From the IMG/VR virus record IMGVR_UViG_3300043391_000033, positions 1 through 38,135 of that record: a stretch of 38,135 nt of DNA, one strand, 5' to 3'. The position numbers were made by a program, and so were the translations under genes. Below the pieces are notes generated by a model, which made no database searches, was not told the origin of the DNA, and saw nothing but the letters and a program-made list of their open reading frames with translations. Origin of the DNA: a virus (lineage: Duplodnaviria; Caudoviricetes). Shown in pieces: positions 9,076 through 17,859 of the stretch (positions within the stretch are counted from its first letter, which is position 1; every line of letters begins with the position of its first letter).

Positions 9076-10038
9076 ATGGCATTATCAACAGCAACATACC
9101 CAGGTGGTTCAGCCACCATTGTTAACAACTCAAACGCAGCTACTTTCATTCCAGAAATTTGGAGTGACGAGATTGTTGCTGCCTACAAAAAGAACTTAGT
9201 ATTGGCTAACCTAGTCAAGAAAATGTCTTTCAAAGGCAAAAAAGGTGACACAGTTCACATCCCTAAACCAACACGTGGTCAAGCTGCTGCTAAAGCTGCT
9301 AACACAATGGTTACCATCCAAGCTGACCAAGAGACAGAAGTACAAGTTCTAATCAACAAGCACTTCGAGTACTCACGTTTCATTGAGGACATCACTGAAG
9401 TTCAAGCTCTAGCTTCTTTGCGTAAGTTCTACACAGAAGACGCTGGCTATGCTTTGGCTAAGAAAGTTGACGATGAGCTAGCAGCTTTAGGTAAATCATT
9501 CGGTGACGGTGACGCATCTGACTGGGTTCACTCAAACGCATACTTCATTGACGCTTCTACTGGTTTGACTGCTTACGCTGTTGACACAGTAACTACATCT
9601 GACGTATTCACTGATGCTGGCTTCCGTAAGCTAATTCAGTTGATGGACGATGCTGACGTACCTATGGATGGTCGTAAGTTTGTAATCCCACCTTCATTGC
9701 GTAATGCTATCATGGGCGTGGACCGTTACAACTCAAGCGACTTCGTTGATGGTCGTGGTGTTCAGACTGGTCAAATCGGTTCATTGTACGGTATTGACAT
9801 CTATGTGTCAAGCAACTGCCCAACAATCGAAACTGCTGCTGAGAACTCAGTTGGTGATGCTGTTAAAGCTGCTTTCTTGTTCCATACTGATACTATGGTT
9901 CTTGCAGAGCAACTAGGTGTTCGCTCACAACAGCAATACAAACAAGAGTACTTGTCTACTCTTTACACTGCTGATACACTCTTCGGTACAAAAGTAATTC
10001 GTCCTGAAGCTGGTTTCGTATTAGCTGTAAACGCTTAA
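9076..10038 (+). CDS. Major capsid protein
   Basis: 320 aa with FIPEIWS, GDTVHIP and G.IG.LYG.DIY.S; AGGAG RBS; strongly biased codon usage; followed by a terminator. Confidence 0.92.
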   Translation: MALSTATYPGGSATIVNNSNAATFIPEIWSDEIVAAYKKNLVLANLVKKMSFKGKKGDTVHIPKPTRGQAAAKAANTMVTIQADQETEVQVLINKHFEYSRFIEDITEVQALASLRKFYTEDAGYALAKKVDDELAALGKSFGDGDASDWVHSNAYFIDASTGLTAYAVDTVTTSDVFTDAGFRKLIQLMDDADVPMDGRKFVIPPSLRNAIMGVDRYNSSDFVDGRGVQTGQIGSLYGIDIYVSSNCPTIETAAENSVGDAVKAAFLFHTDTMVLAEQLGVRSQQQYKQEYLSTLYTADTLFGTKVIRPEAGFVLAVNA

Positions 10039-10058
10039 TCATAAGTTAAGCTACAACT

Positions 10059-10087
10059 CTCCCTAGCTCAAAAGGTTAGGGAGTTTT
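10059..10087 (+). terminator. Rho-independent terminator after the capsid gene
   Basis: CTCCCTAGC-loop-GTTAGGGAG stem followed by TTTT. Confidence 0.75.
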
Positions 10088-10140
10088 GCTTAAGTGCTTT
10101 TATTAAAGAGTATTTAAACAAGACAAGGAGTTATTAAAAT

Positions 10141-10926
10141 ATGGGTATTTATCGTGGAGCAGGTGGCACAGGTGACGCTACTAATGATGGCTACAGTGAA
10201 GCCTCTATTATTCGTGATTTAGCTGCTGAAGTAGAGGTAGCTAGAGATGAAGCTGTTGCTGCTGCTGCAGAGGCAGAGGCTGCTGCTGAATCTTTTGACC
10301 CCAGTAACTTTGTAGAAACAACTGAGATAGGTGTTACTGTCCAAGCCTATGATGCTGACTTAACTTCATGGGCTGGTGTCGCTACTTCAGCTAAACAAGA
10401 TACCTTAGTTTCAGGAACTAACATCAAAACTGTTAATAGCACTTCTTTGTTAGGCTCAGGAGATGTTGCAGTACAAGCAACACTTGTGTCAGGTACAAAT
10501 ATCAAGACTGTTAACAGCTCATCTTTGTTAGGCTCAGGCGACCTAGCCGTAGGAGATGTGACTCTTACAGGTTCACAGACACTTACTAATAAAACATTAA
10601 CAATGCCTGTCATCAATGGTACGATTGTAGAAGATGTATTCACTATCACTGACGGTGCTGGCTTTGCTATTGACCCTACTAATGGCTCTATTCAGCTAGT
10701 TACTTTAGGTGCGTCAAGAACACCTACTGTAGCTAACTTTGATGCTGGTGAAGCAGTTACTTTGATGGTTGCTGACGGAACAGCCTATACAATTACTTGG
10801 ACTACTATCGGTGTGGTTTGGGTAGGCGGTTCTGCTCCTACTTTAGCAACATCAGGATATACAGTTATTGAACTGTGGAGAGTTGGTTCTACTTATTACG
10901 GTGCTTTAGTAGGAAATGTAGCTTAA
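10141..10926 (+). CDS. Fibre-like virion protein
   Basis: Ala-rich helix, VQAYDADL, tandem 26-aa repeat, QTLTNK, C-terminal beta domain; AAGGAG RBS. Confidence 0.65.
   Translation: MGIYRGAGGTGDATNDGYSEASIIRDLAAEVEVARDEAVAAAAEAEAAAESFDPSNFVETTEIGVTVQAYDADLTSWAGVATSAKQDTLVSGTNIKTVNSTSLLGSGDVAVQATLVSGTNIKTVNSSSLLGSGDLAVGDVTLTGSQTLTNKTLTMPVINGTIVEDVFTITDGAGFAIDPTNGSIQLVTLGASRTPTVANFDAGEAVTLMVADGTAYTITWTTIGVVWVGGSAPTLATSGYTVIELWRVGSTYYGALVGNVA
10396..10551 (+). repeat. Two tandem 78-bp (26 aa) coding repeats
   Basis: QDTLVSGTNIKTVNSTSLLGSGDVAV / QATLVSGTNIKTVNSSSLLGSGDLAV, diverged mainly at synonymous sites. Confidence 0.85.
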
Positions 10927-11606
10927 TGTTAAGTCATTTTCTTAGGGCTGTTCCTAAATTAACTGGTGTACCAACAATATCGTATAACGGATTTGTCACA
11001 GGAAGTACTGGTTCTACCACAGTTACATTTAGTTCTGTATCTTTTGGTACTGTAACATCCGATAGAGTAGTAGCTGTTTTTTTAACATTAACTACATCTA
11101 CAAGCCTTGTATTGTCTGTAACAATAGGCGGTGTAAGTGCAACACGGGCAGTTAGAGCAAGCGACACAAGCCAAATTAGAATTGGAGATATATGGTATGC
11201 CTCTGTTCCAACAGGTGCGTCAGGTACAGTTGTTATGACAATATCTAATAACCCATCATCAATTCCTTATTGTGCATCTTATTCAATGTACGGTTTAACT
11301 AGCTCTACACCGACAACTACAGCAAGGTCTAATTTAGATTCTACTGGCGTAGCTCCATCTAGGTCAGTAACATTTACACCATCTGCAAATGGTATATATA
11401 TTGCAGGGTATAACGCAGGTGGTGTTACCTCTGGTTCAACAACAACATGGACTAACGCTTCTGTTAATCTAGATGTTAATGATTCTACAAATTTAAATAC
11501 ATCAGCAAACGCATCTAATGTTTCTGCTGTAAGCACAACTGTTACAGCAACAACTACCGACATATCAGTAAATAGACCAAATTTAGTCCTTGCAGCTTGG
11601 AGATAA
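10926..11606 (+). CDS. S/T-rich beta-sandwich fibre-tip/adhesin-like protein
   Basis: ATG 10926 overlaps the upstream TAA; 226 aa; more AT-rich codon usage than core genes. Confidence 0.55.
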   Translation: MLSHFLRAVPKLTGVPTISYNGFVTGSTGSTTVTFSSVSFGTVTSDRVVAVFLTLTTSTSLVLSVTIGGVSATRAVRASDTSQIRIGDIWYASVPTGASGTVVMTISNNPSSIPYCASYSMYGLTSSTPTTTARSNLDSTGVAPSRSVTFTPSANGIYIAGYNAGGVTSGSTTTWTNASVNLDVNDSTNLNTSANASNVSAVSTTVTATTTDISVNRPNLVLAAWR

Positions 11607-11607
11607 T

Positions 11608-11994
11608 ATGTATATTAAAAATGGAAATTACCCTTATAGCATTGCTCAGTTAAAGCAAGACAATTCTCAAACTTCTTTTCCAGTACAAATTAGTGATTCT
11701 TTGTTAGCTGAATTTAATATGTTTTATGTAGAGCCTTCACAAGCACCAACAGTAGGGTTTGACAAGAATGTAACTGAAGGACAACCTGAGTTAGTTGATG
11801 GTGTGTGGAAACAAGTTTGGGTTGTTACTGATGCCACTGCTGAAGAACACTTAGCTAGAGTATTGTCTGCTAGAGCTGAGGAATACCCATCAATGTCTGA
11901 TTACTTAGATGGTGTTGTTAAAGGTGACCAAGCACAGATTGATAAGTATATCGCTGATTGCCTAGCAGTTAAAGTAAAATATCCTAAACCTTAA
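11608..11994 (+). CDS. Putative tail-fibre assembly chaperone
   Basis: ATG 11608 after GGAG; P.LVDGVWKQVW.V and R..EYP...VK.KYPKP patterns typical of fibre-adjacent chaperones. Confidence 0.55.
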   Translation: MYIKNGNYPYSIAQLKQDNSQTSFPVQISDSLLAEFNMFYVEPSQAPTVGFDKNVTEGQPELVDGVWKQVWVVTDATAEEHLARVLSARAEEYPSMSDYLDGVVKGDQAQIDKYIADCLAVKVKYPKP

Positions 11995-12005
11995 AGAGTT
12001 AGCCC

Positions 12006-12221
12006 ATGATGGAAAACAACCAAATAGACCCTTACAAATATGGCAAGTTAGTAGCTCAAGTTGAAGCTATGGAGAAGAAGATTGACAAACTGGAAGCTGG
12101 TATGGAAGAACTGCTGGAACTTGCTAACAGGTCTAAGGGTGGTTTCTGGATGGGAATGACGATTGCTTCTATTGTTGGTGGTGTAGTTACATTTATAACA
12201 AGTCATTGGACATTTAAATGA
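12006..12221 (+). CDS. Coiled-coil protein with C-terminal TM helix (XhlA/holin-like)
   Basis: Heptad pattern followed by one hydrophobic helix. Confidence 0.55.
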   Translation: MMENNQIDPYKYGKLVAQVEAMEKKIDKLEAGMEELLELANRSKGGFWMGMTIASIVGGVVTFITSHWTFK

Positions 12222-12562
12222 GAGAACTCACAGTAGGTCTTAATCTCACAGCAGGTACTACAACAACAGTGTATACAGTTCCTAAAGGATGTAAAGCTAT
12301 TGCAACATTGTTGTTTTTGTCTAATGCTGGTGGTAGCTCTAAGTCTATTTCAGCTGATTGGTATGACTCATCTGCTGATGATGACATTGTTATTGCTGGT
12401 GGTAAATCTATAGGTGCAGGTGATTATATTCAGTTCTCTGATGGTCGTATGGTTTTAGATGAATATGACGAACTAAGAGTAACACCAGAAGCAGCTAGTA
12501 CATTTTCAGTAATCTTTACAGTAGAGATTCATCAAAACACAGCTTATCAGAATGGGAGCTAA
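12218..12562 (+). CDS. Small beta-rich hypothetical (probable virion) protein
   Basis: ATGA overlap with the upstream gene; TTVYTVP...[11 protein letters not shown]. Confidence 0.6.
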   Translation: MRELTVGLNLTAGTTTTVYTVPKGCKAIATLLFLSNAGGSSKSISADWYDSSADDDIVIAGGKSIGAGDYIQFSDGRMVLDEYDELRVTPEAASTFSVIFTVEIHQNTAYQNGS

Positions 12563-12564
12563 TA

Positions 12565-12744
12565 ATGCCACTTAAAAAAGGTAAATCAGATAAAACAGTA
12601 TCTTCTAACATTAGCATGATGGTTAAAGAAGGTAAGCCTCAGAAGCAAGCAGTAGCAATCGCTATGTCTAAAGCAGGTAAGTCACTTCCTATGCGTGGTG
12701 GTCGTACTGCAACTAACATGAAGAAAACTGGTAGAGGTAGATAA
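12565..12744 (+). CDS. Small basic protein, 59 aa (not in ORF track)
   Basis: GGAG RBS; [39 protein letters not shown]...; its TAA overlaps the next ATG. Confidence 0.8.
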   Translation: MPLKKGKSDKTVSSNISMMVKEGKPQKQAVAIAMSKAGKSLPMRGGRTATNMKKTGRGR

Positions 12745-13007
12745 TGCCTAAGAAAGACTCAAGATTAGAACGTGCAGGAGTCTCTGGTTACAATAAGCCT
12801 AAGTCTACTCCTAGCCACCCTACTAAATCACACGTAGTAGTAGCTAAATCTGGTGACCAGGTTAAGACTATTCGCTTTGGTCAACAAGGTGTTAAAGGAA
12901 GTCCTGAAGGCTCTGCTAGAAACAAAGCATTCAAAGACAGACATGCTAAGAACATCGCTAAAGGTCCTATGAGTGCTGCTTACTGGGCTGATAAGGTGAA
13001 GTGGTGA
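12744..13007 (+). CDS. Small basic hypothetical protein
   Basis: 87 aa K/R-rich, KTIRFGQQG...FKDRH...SAAYWADKVKW. Confidence 0.75.
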   Translation: MPKKDSRLERAGVSGYNKPKSTPSHPTKSHVVVAKSGDQVKTIRFGQQGVKGSPEGSARNKAFKDRHAKNIAKGPMSAAYWADKVKW

Positions 13008-13399
13008 TACCAGTATTGTCTATTCTTGAGATAGGTGCAAAGCTTCTTGACAAGGTTATACCTGATAAAGATGCTAGAGAAAAGGCACAAGCAGAGTTAA
13101 TCAAAGCTGCACAAGACCAAGACTTTCAACTAGCACTAGCACAGATTCAGGTAAACCAAGAAGAAGCTAAGTCTGATAACATCTTTAAGTCAGGTTGGAG
13201 ACCTTATGTAGGTTGGACATGTGCTACTTCTTTCTCTCTGCACTTTGTTATCTTTCCTATTATTAACTTCTTTATTGTTGCATTAGGATACAAGGAAGTA
13301 GTTATTAGTTTTGATATGACTACATTAGCCACTACTTTGTTTGGCTTATTAGGCTTAGGTGGTTTAAGAACCTATGAAAAGGTTAAAGGAATTAAATGA
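13001..13399 (+). CDS. Holin-like protein (GTA holin 3TM-like)
   Basis: SGWRP.VGW, hydrophobic helices, LGLGGLRTYEK; adjacent to the putative endolysin. Confidence 0.75.
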   Translation: MVIPVLSILEIGAKLLDKVIPDKDAREKAQAELIKAAQDQDFQLALAQIQVNQEEAKSDNIFKSGWRPYVGWTCATSFSLHFVIFPIINFFIVALGYKEVVISFDMTTLATTLFGLLGLGGLRTYEKVKGIK

Positions 13400-13821
13400 A
13401 ACTGGTACTGAAAAGAATACACTTTGGTGAAACTTTTACAGTAGGACAGCTTTATGAGGTAACAGAACATGGGGAAAACCCTATCTGCTATACCTTGGAA
13501 GACAAGTATCGTGAAGTAGAAGGGCAGGATGTGAAGGTCTGGAAAGTACAGGACAAAACAGCTATACCAAAAGGAGTCTATGATGTTCGTATTACCTTCT
13601 CCAATAGATTTCAATCCAAGTTACCTTTACTCCTTGATGTCCCTGGGTTTACAGGTATACGAATACACGCTGGTAACTCTTCCAAGAACACTGAGGGCTG
13701 CTTACTCGTTGGAATGACTTGGGACGGTAAGAGTGACTGGATTGGCTCTTCTAAGGTTGCTATGGGTGTTTTGATGCCTATGCTTGAAAAAACCACAGAA
13801 TGTACCATAGATATAAAATAA
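13396..13821 (+). CDS. DUF5675-like protein, putative endolysin
   Basis: CYTLED, TAIP.G.Y, GIRIHAGN...TEGCLLVG His/Cys motif; coupled to the holin. Confidence 0.7.
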   Translation: MKLVLKRIHFGETFTVGQLYEVTEHGENPICYTLEDKYREVEGQDVKVWKVQDKTAIPKGVYDVRITFSNRFQSKLPLLLDVPGFTGIRIHAGNSSKNTEGCLLVGMTWDGKSDWIGSSKVAMGVLMPMLEKTTECTIDIK

Positions 13822-13824
13822 AGC

Positions 13825-13853
13825 TTGACAAAACTAAGAAAATATGTTATAAT
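13825..13853 (+). promoter_or_regulatory. Sigma70 promoter with extended -10
   Basis: TTGACA(13825)-17-TATAAT(13848) with TGn. Confidence 0.9.
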
Positions 13854-13900
13854 AGTACTTATATAACATGTTAACAATAACAACAACTAAGACTTAAAAT

Positions 13901-14551
13901 ATGACATATCTAGAACTTGTTAACGATGTACTAATTAGACTCAGAGAGGGTGAAGTATCCTCTGTGAATGATAACTCCTATGCTAAATTAATAGGTAAGT
14001 TTGTCAATGATGCTAAGAGAACAGTAGAAGATAGCTATAACTGGAATGCTTTAACAGATACGTTAACAGCAACTACTTCAGATGATATCTTTAACTATGT
14101 CTTAAATGGAAGTGGTACTCGCTTTCGTATGCTAAATGCTATCAATGATACTGCTAACTTTGTCATGGGTTATAAGACAGGGTTAGAGATGGATGAATTA
14201 TTCCTTGTCAATGATACAGTGTTAAAAGGTCAACCACGTTACTACAATTTTAACGGTGTTGATTCTAACGGTGATACCCAAGTAGACGTATATCCTAAAC
14301 CTGATGGTGTCTATAACCTCCGCTTTAACCTTATCATACCACAGACTTCTTTAGTAACTGACGCTACTGTATTAAAAGTCCCTAGTGAACCAGTCGTGTT
14401 ACTAGCTTATGCAAAGGCTATTGCTGAACGTGGTGAAGATGGTGGTTTACCTTCTAGCGAAGCTTACGCCTTATACAAACAATCCTTGTCTGACCACATC
14501 TCCATTGAAGCTGGTCATTATCAAGAAGAATACCAATGGTACGCAGCTTAA
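13901..14551 (+). CDS. Head-tail adaptor (tail tubular protein A-like)
   Basis: MTYLELVN.VL.RLRE N-terminus, ~216 aa size, and position before the nozzle-like gene. Confidence 0.75.
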   Translation: MTYLELVNDVLIRLREGEVSSVNDNSYAKLIGKFVNDAKRTVEDSYNWNALTDTLTATTSDDIFNYVLNGSGTRFRMLNAINDTANFVMGYKTGLEMDELFLVNDTVLKGQPRYYNFNGVDSNGDTQVDVYPKPDGVYNLRFNLIIPQTSLVTDATVLKVPSEPVVLLAYAKAIAERGEDGGLPSSEAYALYKQSLSDHISIEAGHYQEEYQWYAA

Positions 14552-16153
14552 ATGGCAGAACAAATATTAACAGGCTCAATTGCAGCTCCAGGCTTCTATG
14601 GGTTAAATACCCAGGATAGTTCTGTTCAGCTGTCAAGTGGTTTTGCTTTAGAAGCTTTTAATTGCGTCATTGACCAATATGGTCGTGTGGGTGCTCGTAA
14701 AGGCTGGACTAAGGTTAACACTTCAGCTGCATCTACAGGTAACTTTAGAGCTATCTATCAGGTAGTCAAAGACGATGGTAATGATGTATTATCAGCTGCT
14801 AACAATAAGCTATATGTAGGTACTACAACCCTTACTGAACTGGTTGTTCGTAACAGTGATAACACTGCTAACTTAACTTACACTATTACAGACGATAACT
14901 GGCAGATTAGTGGCATGCCTTATGACACTGGAGCAACTCCTTCAGGTCATGCTATTCTAGCCCAAGAAGGACATCCTCTGTTGGTGTATCATAAGCTAGG
15001 CTCTACAGCTCATGCTCATACTGGTTCTTATGGTTTACAACGCTTAGGTGATATTGCTTCTAATTTACCAGGTGCTTATACTGTTACTAACTTCACACCT
15101 AACGTAGTAATGACTGCTTTTGGTCGTGTATGGGTAGCAGACATTGCTAACGATAGACAGACAGTATACTTCAGTGACTTGTTAGACCCTACTGAGTGGA
15201 AGACAGGTACTTCTGGTTATCTTAATATCAGTGAAGTTGTACCTAACAACGACCCTATTGTTGCTTTAGCTGCACATAATGGTTTCTTGATTATCTTCTG
15301 TGAACGTCATATCATTGTTTACAAGAATCCAGTAGACCCATCAGCTTTAACATTAGAAGATACTATCACTGGTGTTGGGTGTATTGCTAGAGATTCTGTA
15401 GCGTCTATTGGCACAGACTTGTTATTCTTGTCTCAGACTGGTGTTCAGTCTTTACAGCGAGTTGTGCAAGAGAAGTCATTACCGTTTAGAGACGTATCTA
15501 AGAATGTACGTGATGGTTTGTTAAGCAATGTAAACACTGAAGTATTGAAGTACATCAAAGCTGCTTACTATCCTACAGATGCTCAGTATCTATTAGCACT
15601 ACCTTCTACTGGTTTTACTTATTGCTTTGACACAAGAGGTGTATTAGAAAATGGCGGTGCTAGGGTAACTATCTGGAAAGATATTAAACCTACAGCTTTT
15701 AACCTAACAACAGCTAAAGAATTATACATTGGTAAGCCTGGTTACATTGGTAAGTATAACGGTTATCAAGACAACGGTGTAACTTATCGTATGTCTTATT
15801 ACACTAACTACTTTGACTTTGACAACCCTGTACAGACTAAGATAATGAAGAAGATTAACTTAGTTGCTATTGGTGGTTCAGCACAAGCTATCTCATTTAA
15901 ATGGGGTTTTGATTACACCAGTAACTATCTGTCACAAGTAGTTGAGTTAGATACAATTGACGTATTTGAGTATGGAACTGCTGAGTATAACATTGCTACT
16001 TACTCTAACGGTATTGCTCTTGACAGTGCTCAAGTTAACGCAGGTGGTGCAGGTAAAGTAGTGCAACTAGGATTTGAAGCTGATATTAATAACGCTCCTT
16101 TGTCTATTCAAAAGATTGACTTTGGACTCAAGGGTGGAAAGACACTGATTTAA
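14552..16153 (+). CDS. Tail nozzle/stabilisation protein (P22 gp10 / T7 gp12-like)
   Basis: 533 aa beta-propeller-like sequence (GRVW, VYFSD, GVGCIARDS) and synteny. Confidence 0.75.
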   Translation: MAEQILTGSIAAPGFYGLNTQDSSVQLSSGFALEAFNCVIDQYGRVGARKGWTKVNTSAASTGNFRAIYQVVKDDGNDVLSAANNKLYVGTTTLTELVVRNSDNTANLTYTITDDNWQISGMPYDTGATPSGHAILAQEGHPLLVYHKLGSTAHAHTGSYGLQRLGDIASNLPGAYTVTNFTPNVVMTAFGRVWVADIANDRQTVYFSDLLDPTEWKTGTSGYLNISEVVPNNDPIVALAAHNGFLIIFCERHIIVYKNPVDPSALTLEDTITGVGCIARDSVASIGTDLLFLSQTGVQSLQRVVQEKSLPFRDVSKNVRDGLLSNVNTEVLKYIKAAYYPTDAQYLLALPSTGFTYCFDTRGVLENGGARVTIWKDIKPTAFNLTTAKELYIGKPGYIGKYNGYQDNGVTYRMSYYTNYFDFDNPVQTKIMKKINLVAIGGSAQAISFKWGFDYTSNYLSQVVELDTIDVFEYGTAEYNIATYSNGIALDSAQVNAGGAGKVVQLGFEADINNAPLSIQKIDFGLKGGKTLI

Positions 16154-16162
16154 GGATGAGAC

Positions 16163-16684
16163 ATGAGTAACTATACAAAAGCAACCAACTTCGCTACTAA
16201 AGACACATTACCTACAGGTGACTCAGGTAAGATTGTTAAAGGAACAGAGATTGACAGTGAGTTCAATGCTATTGCTTCTGCTATCAGCTCTAAAGCAGAC
16301 TCAGCATCTCCTACATTCACAGGTACTCCTGCAGCTCCTACTGCATCCTCAGGTGCTAATACAACACAGATTGCTACCACAGCCTTTGTAAAAGCTGCAG
16401 TTGATACAGCGACAGGTGCTCTTGGCACTATGTCTACTCAGAACAAAGGTGCTGTTGATATCGAAGGTGGTACTATTGATGCAACAGTTATTGGTGGAGG
16501 TACTGCTGCTGCAGGCACATTTACAACAGCGACAGCAACTACAGTAGCTTTACCAAGTAACTGGACTGTTACAGTCTCAGGTGGTAAGCTAACATTCTCA
16601 TCATCAGGAACTGCTAGAGCTTCTATTGATAGCTCAGGTAACTTGATTGTAACAGGTAACGTAACAGCTTACGGAACTCCTTAA
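16163..16684 (+). CDS. Short tail fibre/needle protein
   Basis: SPTFTGTPAAPT...TTQIATTAFV fibre repeat; C-terminal GNL.VTGNVTAY. Confidence 0.7.
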   Translation: MSNYTKATNFATKDTLPTGDSGKIVKGTEIDSEFNAIASAISSKADSASPTFTGTPAAPTASSGANTTQIATTAFVKAAVDTATGALGTMSTQNKGAVDIEGGTIDATVIGGGTAAAGTFTTATATTVALPSNWTVTVSGGKLTFSSSGTARASIDSSGNLIVTGNVTAYGTP

Positions 16685-16685
16685 T

Positions 16686-17366
16686 ATGGCTATTGGTTCA
16701 ACCACAGTCTCTTTAGGTGCTATTCAAACAGAGTTTGGTGGCAGTAATCCTATCTCTCTATCTGAGTATTATGAAGGAGGTAGTATTATAGGTAATGGTG
16801 TATATGCTCCTAATGATATTCCTACATCAGGTCTTATTTCATTAGATGATTTTAAAAGCTCAGAAGCTACTCATTCTTATAAAAATGCACATAGTTCTGT
16901 ATATACATATTTCGCACAGATAGGATATAGTGTAGATTACTTTAATGGTAAATTAAGACTAACATCAGGATACTGGTCGCAAAACGGTAATTCAACACAA
17001 TTAATACAAGCAACAAGTTCTAGTAACATGTCTACTTGGAGTGAGGTTGTGCAGCTTGAACTTACAACTCAAGGATATGTTGAGTATGGCTATGAAAGTA
17101 AGTTAATAAAATCAGGTTCTGTTATTTTTAGTAATCAAGTAATTGACTATTGTAATATTGTTACAGCAACAGGAACAACTCAAACCCCAACAGATAGATG
17201 GTGTATGGCTGCTAGATGGAATGGTGGTAATTCTATTACATTGTGGTTAAACGACAGCAGAAACGGTACTGGAGATACTGGCACTAGTATTTCTATGGCT
17301 AATATGAGTTCAGCTATGAGTAACTTAAGCGGTGGCTCTACAACAACATATACATTTACATTTTAA
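16686..17366 (+). CDS. Putative fibre-tip adhesin
   Basis: N-terminal SL..IQTEFGGSNPISLSEYY...IP.SG.ISL.DF module followed by an AT-rich, aromatic-rich domain. Confidence 0.55.
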   Translation: MAIGSTTVSLGAIQTEFGGSNPISLSEYYEGGSIIGNGVYAPNDIPTSGLISLDDFKSSEATHSYKNAHSSVYTYFAQIGYSVDYFNGKLRLTSGYWSQNGNSTQLIQATSSSNMSTWSEVVQLELTTQGYVEYGYESKLIKSGSVIFSNQVIDYCNIVTATGTTQTPTDRWCMAARWNGGNSITLWLNDSRNGTGDTGTSISMANMSSAMSNLSGGSTTTYTFTF

Positions 17367-17371
17367 TACTT

Positions 17372-17575
17372 ATGAATATTGATACACTGATTGAACAAGC
17401 AAAAGAAAATGAAGCTAAAGTTATTTATGAAATGATTAAAGCTTCTAACAATAATGAAGGTGTGTTTAATTATCCTTCAACATTAAAAGGTATTGAAGCA
17501 AATGCAGTAGTAGATGGTAATAGTCTTATTCTTACTTATGTAGATGGGACAGTATCTACTTATACTGAAGAATGA
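17372..17575 (+). CDS. Hypothetical protein
   Basis: 67 aa AT-rich ORF with ATGA overlap to the next gene. Confidence 0.55.
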   Translation: MNIDTLIEQAKENEAKVIYEMIKASNNNEGVFNYPSTLKGIEANAVVDGNSLILTYVDGTVSTYTEE

Positions 17576-17859
17576 AGACACCAGTAGTCAACAGACAAGA
17601 CTACACAATGTACTTAGAAGACTTTGCAGGTATGTTGTGGTTTCATACAGATGTACGTAAGTGGTCTAGTAAAGTTAAAGCAAGATATCTAGAAGACTTA
17701 AATTTATTACAACACTTAGTTGGTATGCCCTTGGTAGCATTAGTTGAAGAGGATAACACAAAGCTTGCTAAGTTTGGAGAAGTAACAGGATGGAAGATGT
17801 TTGATAAACTTAATTTAGAAAATGGCAAGGTAGGCTATGTCTACACAAGGAGCTTATAA
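17572..17859 (+). CDS. Small protein, possibly GNAT-like tail assembly factor (T7 gp13/P22 gp14 position)
   Basis: Sits directly before the ejection genes; N.KL.KF....GW resembles a GNAT C-terminus. Confidence 0.5.
   Translation: MKTPVVNRQDYTMYLEDFAGMLWFHTDVRKWSSKVKARYLEDLNLLQHLVGMPLVALVEEDNTKLAKFGEVTGWKMFDKLNLENGKVGYVYTRSL

Noticed and set aside
10005-10040. T7 10A/10B-like capsid frameshift at GGTTTC
   Set aside because: There is no full slippery heptamer, and a terminator and a separate RBS follow.
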